Source of the DNA: Candidatus Aminicenantes bacterium
GTDB lineage: Bacteria; Acidobacteriota; Aminicenantia; Aminicenantales; Saccharicenantaceae
DNA length: 64,000 nucleotides
Direction of reading: 5' to 3'
Assembly (NCBI GenBank): GCA_963807525.1
Contig: CAWECI010000017.1
Span: forward strand, 88,578 to 152,577
Below are positions 59,655 to 64,000 of the stretch, piece after piece (positions within the stretch are counted from its first letter, which is position 1; every line of letters starts with the position of its first letter). A program made the translations under genes and the position numbers. The notes below the pieces were generated by a model. That model was not told where the DNA came from. It saw nothing but the letters and a program-made list of their open reading frames with translations, and made no database searches.

Positions 59655-60044
59655 ATGAAAGACCATGTCAAGGTCATCGGGATCCTGTGGGTCGTCTTCG
59701 GAGCGTTCTGGCTCTGCCTGGCCGTCTTCGCCCTGCTCGTCTTCCTGGGCGTGGCCATGATCCCCAACATCGAGGACATCAGCCCGTCCATTTTGCGGCT
59801 GATCGGGATCATCGTCAGCTCGTTCATGATCCTGCTGGGGCTGCCCCGGATCATCGGCGGCCTGGGGCTCGTCCATCACAAGGAATGGGCCCGCATCCTG
59901 GTCCTGGTCTTGGCCTTCCTGGACCTGGTCAACGTCCCCCTGGGGACGGCCATCGGCATCTACACGATGATCGTCCTGTTCAATCCGGAGACGGTGAAGA
60001 TGTTCCGCGGCCCAGCGCCGGACGCGCCCGCGCCGACGAAATAG
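59655..60044 (+). CDS. Hypothetical integral membrane protein (4 TM)
   Basis: ATG after GGAGAGTGGAGG; 129 aa, strongly hydrophobic. Confidence 0.55.
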   Translation: MKDHVKVIGILWVVFGAFWLCLAVFALLVFLGVAMIPNIEDISPSILRLIGIIVSSFMILLGLPRIIGGLGLVHHKEWARILVLVLAFLDLVNVPLGTAIGIYTMIVLFNPETVKMFRGPAPDAPAPTK

Positions 60045-60050
60045 CGCCGG

Positions 60051-60890
60051 CTATTTCTTGATCGAGGCGTCGGGTTTGAGCCCGAGCTTTTTATAGAGGT
60101 CGCGCCGGCCTTCCTTATCGCCTTCCCAGATCGTGCGGGCGTACTTGGCCACCGCTTTGGCCTGGGCCCGGGGCACGACCACGACGCCGTCGCCGTCGGC
60201 CACGATGACGTCACCCGGGACGACGAGGACCCCGCCGCAGACGATCGGCCGGTTCACGGACTCGAGCTCGTTGCGGCCCGGACGGATGCCCCGGCCGATG
60301 CGCCTCAGGTAGAGCGGCACCTTCTCGGCGATGATCTCGTCGGTGTCGCGGGCCGTTCCGTTCGTGACCACCCCGACGCAGCCGAGCCGCGTCCATTCGA
60401 GGATGTTGTAAGAGCCGATCGACCCGACGTCCGCCGCCGGGGCGTCTTCGAGGACCAGGGCCGTGCCCGGGCGGACGAGCGGGGCGAACGATTCGGGCGA
60501 GAGCTTGTCGTACCAGTCCCCCGACCAGGCGTCGTAGGCCTCGGGGGTCCGCAGGCCGGCCGTCGTCCGCTGGGTCGGGACGTAGCGGGCCGTGACGGCG
60601 ATGCCGACGAACCGGTGGGTGAAGCCCCCGGTGTCCCGCCAGAGCGCGTGGATCTCCGGGTCCATGGTGCCGCTGTCGACGAGCCCGACCGAGTCCATCC
60701 CATCCACGACATCGGCCACGCGCAGCCCCTTGAACAAGGCCAGGACAGCCTTGTCCTCGGCCTCGGTGAAGCGGGGCGTGGCGATGAAATTCCAGCCGGC
60801 GCGAAGAGCCGCCGCGTCCGGCGGCGGCGGGGCCTGGGCAGCGGCGGGGCAGACGAACGAGGCCAGCAACAGGCAGAGGATGATGATCAC
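60051..60890 (-). CDS. RraA/HMG-CHA-aldolase-like family protein with N-terminal signal peptide
   Basis: GTG at 60890 lies 6 nt after AGGAGG and gives MIIILCLLLASFVCPAAAQA. RraA-fold blocks include RVADVVDGMDSVGL, GVVTNGTARDTDEI and CGGVLVVPGDVIVADGDGVVVVP. The ORF-track start at 61055 would overlap the upstream gene. Confidence 0.75.
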   Translation of the reverse strand: MIIILCLLLASFVCPAAAQAPPPPDAAALRAGWNFIATPRFTEAEDKAVLALFKGLRVADVVDGMDSVGLVDSGTMDPEIHALWRDTGGFTHRFVGIAVTARYVPTQRTTAGLRTPEAYDAWSGDWYDKLSPESFAPLVRPGTALVLEDAPAADVGSIGSYNILEWTRLGCVGVVTNGTARDTDEIIAEKVPLYLRRIGRGIRPGRNELESVNRPIVCGGVLVVPGDVIVADGDGVVVVPRAQAKAVAKYARTIWEGDKEGRRDLYKKLGLKPDASIKK

Positions 60891-60952
60891 GGCAACCCTC
60901 CTGACGATCTTCGAGCCGCGCCCGGCGCGACCCCCGGAAGTCCCCGGCCTTC

Positions 60953-61393
60953 CTAGATCAAGAACCTGCCCAATCCGACCAGGACGAGCAATCCGCCGAG
61001 GGCCAGGACGTACTTGTACGGGATGGCCAGGCCGTCCTTGACATGAACGACCCACACATCCCGGTCATAGCTCGCGCCGATCTCGCCCCGGTACTTCTCC
61101 TTGATCTTCTCGACGATCTGCTGGACCTGGTCGAGCTGGGCCCGATGCTTGACGATGGCCGCCCGGATCTCCTGCTGCTCGGCCGCCGTCAGGGTCCTCT
61201 CGAAGATCTGGTCCCGGGTCGTGAACCTGAGCGCCCCGTCGGCCTGGATGAAGAAGAGGACGAGCGGAATGCCCACGCCGAGGATCATCAGCGTGAGACC
61301 TTGGCTGCGGCCGGCGCCACGGGCGCGGCCGGGTTTCGCCGGCACGAGCCGCGCGTCCCATTCGTCGCGCCGGACGTCTTTTCGAGTCCTCAT
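60953..61393 (-). CDS. Hypothetical two-TM protein with coiled-coil-like periplasmic segment
   Basis: ATG after AAGGAGG. TM1 is LTLMILGVGIPLVLFFI, followed by a helical region (AAEQQEIRAAIVKHRAQLDQVQQIVEKIKEKY) and a C-terminal TM. It lies 62 nt upstream of the RraA-like gene. Confidence 0.55.
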   Translation of the reverse strand: MRTRKDVRRDEWDARLVPAKPGRARGAGRSQGLTLMILGVGIPLVLFFIQADGALRFTTRDQIFERTLTAAEQQEIRAAIVKHRAQLDQVQQIVEKIKEKYRGEIGASYDRDVWVVHVKDGLAIPYKYVLALGGLLVLVGLGRFLI

Positions 61394-61642
61394 GGGCGCC
61401 TCCTTCGCAGGTTTTGTCGGCGCTCGCCGGCCAGGGGCCCAAAATATCTTTTTTCCAGGCTGTAAGTCAACGCCGGCCGCAATCCTGCCCGGCAGGAACT
61501 CCGCATTCCCCGACGGCCGCCTCGTCCAGGCCGAAGGACGGCAAGGGGGCCGGGTCGGGCTCTCTCCTCAAGGGAAAAGGCCCGGCGGCCTTGCCGCACT
61601 TGGCACGATTGTTGATGTTAATCATCGCGAAGAGTTGTCGTC

Positions 61643-63331
61643 ATGAGCGATGCCATCAGCCCGTTGGCCGGAAAACCGGCCCCGCCGTCCGTCCTCGTCG
61701 ATCCCGAAGCACTCGTCAAAGCCTATTACGAAAGGGTCCCCGATCCTTCGGTGCCCGCGCAGAGGGTCGTCTTCGGCACCTCTGGCCACCGCGGGTCGCC
61801 GCTCAAGACGACCTTCAACGAGGCCCACATCCTGGCCATCGCCCAGGCGATCTGCGTCTATCGCAAGCAGCGGAAGATCGACGGGCCGCTCTTCCTCGGC
61901 TGGGACAGTCACGCCGTCTCCCAGCCGGCGTTCCGCAGCGCCCTCGAGGTCCTGGCCGCCAACGCGATCGAGGTCCTGATCGCCGCGGGCGACGAGCTCA
62001 CGCCGACGCCGGCCGTGTCCCATGCCATCCTGACCTACAACCGCGGCCGCCGCGAGGGACGGGCCGACGGCATCGTCATCACACCTTCGCACAATCCGCC
62101 CGAGGACGGCGGGTTCAAGTACAACCCGCCCGAAGGCGGCCCGGCCGAGAACGAAGTCACGGAGTGGATCGAAGGGCGCGCCAACGGCTTCCTCGAGGAG
62201 GATCTCCTGGGCGTCGCCCGCAGGCCTTTCGAGCGGGCCCTGCGCGCCCCGACTACCCATCGGCACGATTTTCTCGGGGCCTATGTCGAGGACCTCGGCC
62301 GGGTCATCGACATGGATGTCCTCAAGGGCTCGGGCATCGGCCTCGGTGTCGACCCGCTCGGCGGGGCGTCGGTCCGCTATTGGGGGCGCATCGCCGAGCG
62401 CTACGGCTTGAACCTGACCGTGGTCAGCGACATCGTCGACCCCACCTTCCGGTTCATGACCGTGGACTGGGACGGCCGCATCCGCATGGACCCATCCTCG
62501 TCATACGCCATGCAGCGCCTGATCGGCCTTAAGGACCGTTTCGACGTCGCCGTGGCCTGCGACACCGACGCCGACCGTCACGGCGTCGTCACGCGGAGCG
62601 CCGGGCTGCTGCCGCCCAATCATTTTCTGGCCGCCGCGGTCGATTATCTGTTCCGTCACCGCCCCGGCTGGCGCCCGGACGCGGCCGTGGGCAAGACGGT
62701 CGTGTCCAGCCGCATGATCGACCTCGTCGCGGCCCGCCTGGGACGGCGGCTGTTCGATGTCCCGGTCGGCTTCAAGTGGTTCGTTCCCGGACTTCTCGAC
62801 GGCCGGCTCGGTTTCGCCGGAGAAGAAAGCGCCGGCGCGTCCTTCCTTAGGCTCGACGGGACGGTCTGGACGACGGACAAGGACGGGATCATCCCAGGCC
62901 TGCTGGCCGCCGAGTTCACGGCCCGCCTCGGCCGCGACCCCGGCGAGGCCTACAAGGCCTTGGCCGGGGAGCTCGGCGAGCCCTTCACCGAGCGTCTCGA
63001 CGCGCCGGCGACTCCGGACCAGAAACGAGTCCTGGCTGGCCTTACCCCGGAAGACATCGGATCGACCGAGCTGGCCGGAGAGACGATCACGGCCGTACTG
63101 ACGAAAGCGCCGGGCAACGGCGCCCCGATCGGCGGCCTCAAGGTCGTCGCCCCGAAAGGCTGGTTCGCCGCCCGGCCGTCCGGCACCGAGAACATCTATA
63201 AGATCTACGCGGAGAGCTTCCTCAGCGAAGACCACCTGCGCCGGATCATCCGCGAAGCCCAGGAGATGGTCGACCAGGCCCTGGCCGGCGGCGTCCGCGC
63301 CGCCGCGCCCGCGACGGGAGAGAGATCATGA
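61643..63331 (+). CDS. pgm: Phosphoglucomutase (alpha-D-glucose-phosphate specific)
   Basis: Blocks FGTSGHRG, the active-site loop IVITPSHNPPEDGGFKYNPP, GVDPLGGA and GEESAGASF; 562 aa. Confidence 0.93.
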   Translation: MSDAISPLAGKPAPPSVLVDPEALVKAYYERVPDPSVPAQRVVFGTSGHRGSPLKTTFNEAHILAIAQAICVYRKQRKIDGPLFLGWDSHAVSQPAFRSALEVLAANAIEVLIAAGDELTPTPAVSHAILTYNRGRREGRADGIVITPSHNPPEDGGFKYNPPEGGPAENEVTEWIEGRANGFLEEDLLGVARRPFERALRAPTTHRHDFLGAYVEDLGRVIDMDVLKGSGIGLGVDPLGGASVRYWGRIAERYGLNLTVVSDIVDPTFRFMTVDWDGRIRMDPSSSYAMQRLIGLKDRFDVAVACDTDADRHGVVTRSAGLLPPNHFLAAAVDYLFRHRPGWRPDAAVGKTVVSSRMIDLVAARLGRRLFDVPVGFKWFVPGLLDGRLGFAGEESAGASFLRLDGTVWTTDKDGIIPGLLAAEFTARLGRDPGEAYKALAGELGEPFTERLDAPATPDQKRVLAGLTPEDIGSTELAGETITAVLTKAPGNGAPIGGLKVVAPKGWFAARPSGTENIYKIYAESFLSEDHLRRIIREAQEMVDQALAGGVRAAAPATGERS

Positions 63332-64000
63332 AAAGAATGCGGCGGGTCAAAAGTCCGATCTACGCTTTTTTCCCCGAGGACATCGAAGGGTTCGACAAGC
63401 TGGCCGAGCTGGCCCTGGACATGCGCTGGATCTGGAACCACTCGGCCGACGAGATCTGGAAAGAGATCGACCCCGAGCTCTGGGAGCGCACGGACAACCC
63501 CTGGATCGTCCTGCAGACCGCGTCCCGCAGCCGGCTGCGGCGGGTGCTGGCCGATCCGGACTTTCACAAGACGGTCACCGGCCTGCTCCGGGCCAGACGC
63601 CGCGAGGCCGGATCCCCGGCCTGGTTCCAGCGCCGCCACGCCCGGGCGCCGCTGACCTCGATCGCCTACTTCAGCATGGAGTTCATGCTCAGCGAGGCGC
63701 TGCCCATCTATTCCGGCGGGCTGGGCAACGTCGCCGGCGACCAGCTCAAGACGGCCGGGGACCTCGGACTGCCCATCGTGGGAATGGGCCTGCTCTATCA
63801 GCAGGGCTATTTCCGGCAGGTCATCGACAAGACGGGGGCCCAGCAAGCCTACTTTCCCTATAACGATCCCGGCCAGCTGCCCGTGACGCCCGTGCGGGAG
63901 GCCAACGGCGAATGGCTGCGGCTGAACCTGGCCATCCCCGGCTACTCGGTCTGGCTCCGGGTCTGGCAGGTCCAGGTCGGCCGGGTCCGGCTCTATCTTC
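63328..64000 (+). CDS. glgP: Alpha-glucan phosphorylase (GlgP-type, TIGR02094-like), 3' end outside window
   Basis: ATG 63328 overlaps the pgm TGA (ATGA). The frame is open to the window end. Blocks IAYFSMEFMLSEALPIYSGGLGNVAGDQLKTAGDLGLPIVGMGLLYQQGYFRQ. Confidence 0.85.
   Translation, partial: MKRMRRVKSPIYAFFPEDIEGFDKLAELALDMRWIWNHSADEIWKEIDPELWERTDNPWIVLQTASRSRLRRVLADPDFHKTVTGLLRARRREAGSPAWFQRRHARAPLTSIAYFSMEFMLSEALPIYSGGLGNVAGDQLKTAGDLGLPIVGMGLLYQQGYFRQVIDKTGAQQAYFPYNDPGQLPVTPVREANGEWLRLNLAIPGYSVWLRVWQVQVGRVRLYL

Noticed and set aside
61601-61615. Sigma54-type promoter TGGCAC-N5-TTGA about 27 nt upstream of pgm.
   Set aside because: The -24 element is good, but the -12 element lacks the conserved GC (TTGA instead of TTGC). 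No enhancer-binding-protein gene is nearby. I do not annotate it and only mention it as a weak possibility.

Overview
High-G+C bacterial chromosomal segment (hand counts of single 60-nt lines are mostly about 60-70% G+C). It carries about 50 tightly packed protein genes on both strands and one tRNA. I found no rRNA, CRISPR array, transposase, integrase, phage gene or known defence gene. Housekeeping genes: mutM, ftsEX, a rodZ-like gene, recO, a H+-pyrophosphatase, class II fba, pgm and a glucan phosphorylase. Uptake systems: a TonB-type outer-membrane receptor, a TatT-associated TRAP transporter, an APC permease, potABCD, a POT peptide transporter and rhaT. Exported glycan-degrading proteins are scattered through the window: two BNR sialidase-like proteins, a DUF4838-like protein, a GH43-like fusion and others. 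There is also an L,D-transpeptidase, a LarA homologue and several exported or membrane proteins of unknown function. The VWFA-related acidobacterial-type protein and the CarboxypepD_reg-type TonB receptor suggest an Acidobacteriota-like organism; this is inference only. I did not find a convincing new multi-gene system. The observations most worth a second look are: (1) an archaeal-type gatD-gatE pair inside this bacterial context. (2) Eleven single-base frame disruptions confined to four genes. Six are same-direction surplus bases within about 700 bp of a SecA-family gene, and three are same-direction deficits in a DUF5916-like gene, with the original frame restored in both. (3) Several families of intergenic palindromic repeats, including a 19-nt motif shared by two promoter regions 23 kb apart. 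(4) A compositionally atypical orphan gene upstream of ftsEX. (5) Unusual architectures: a sialidase-cyclophilin fusion, an exported RraA-like protein and a truncated MepK-like remnant. All family assignments come from motif recognition by eye; no database search was run.
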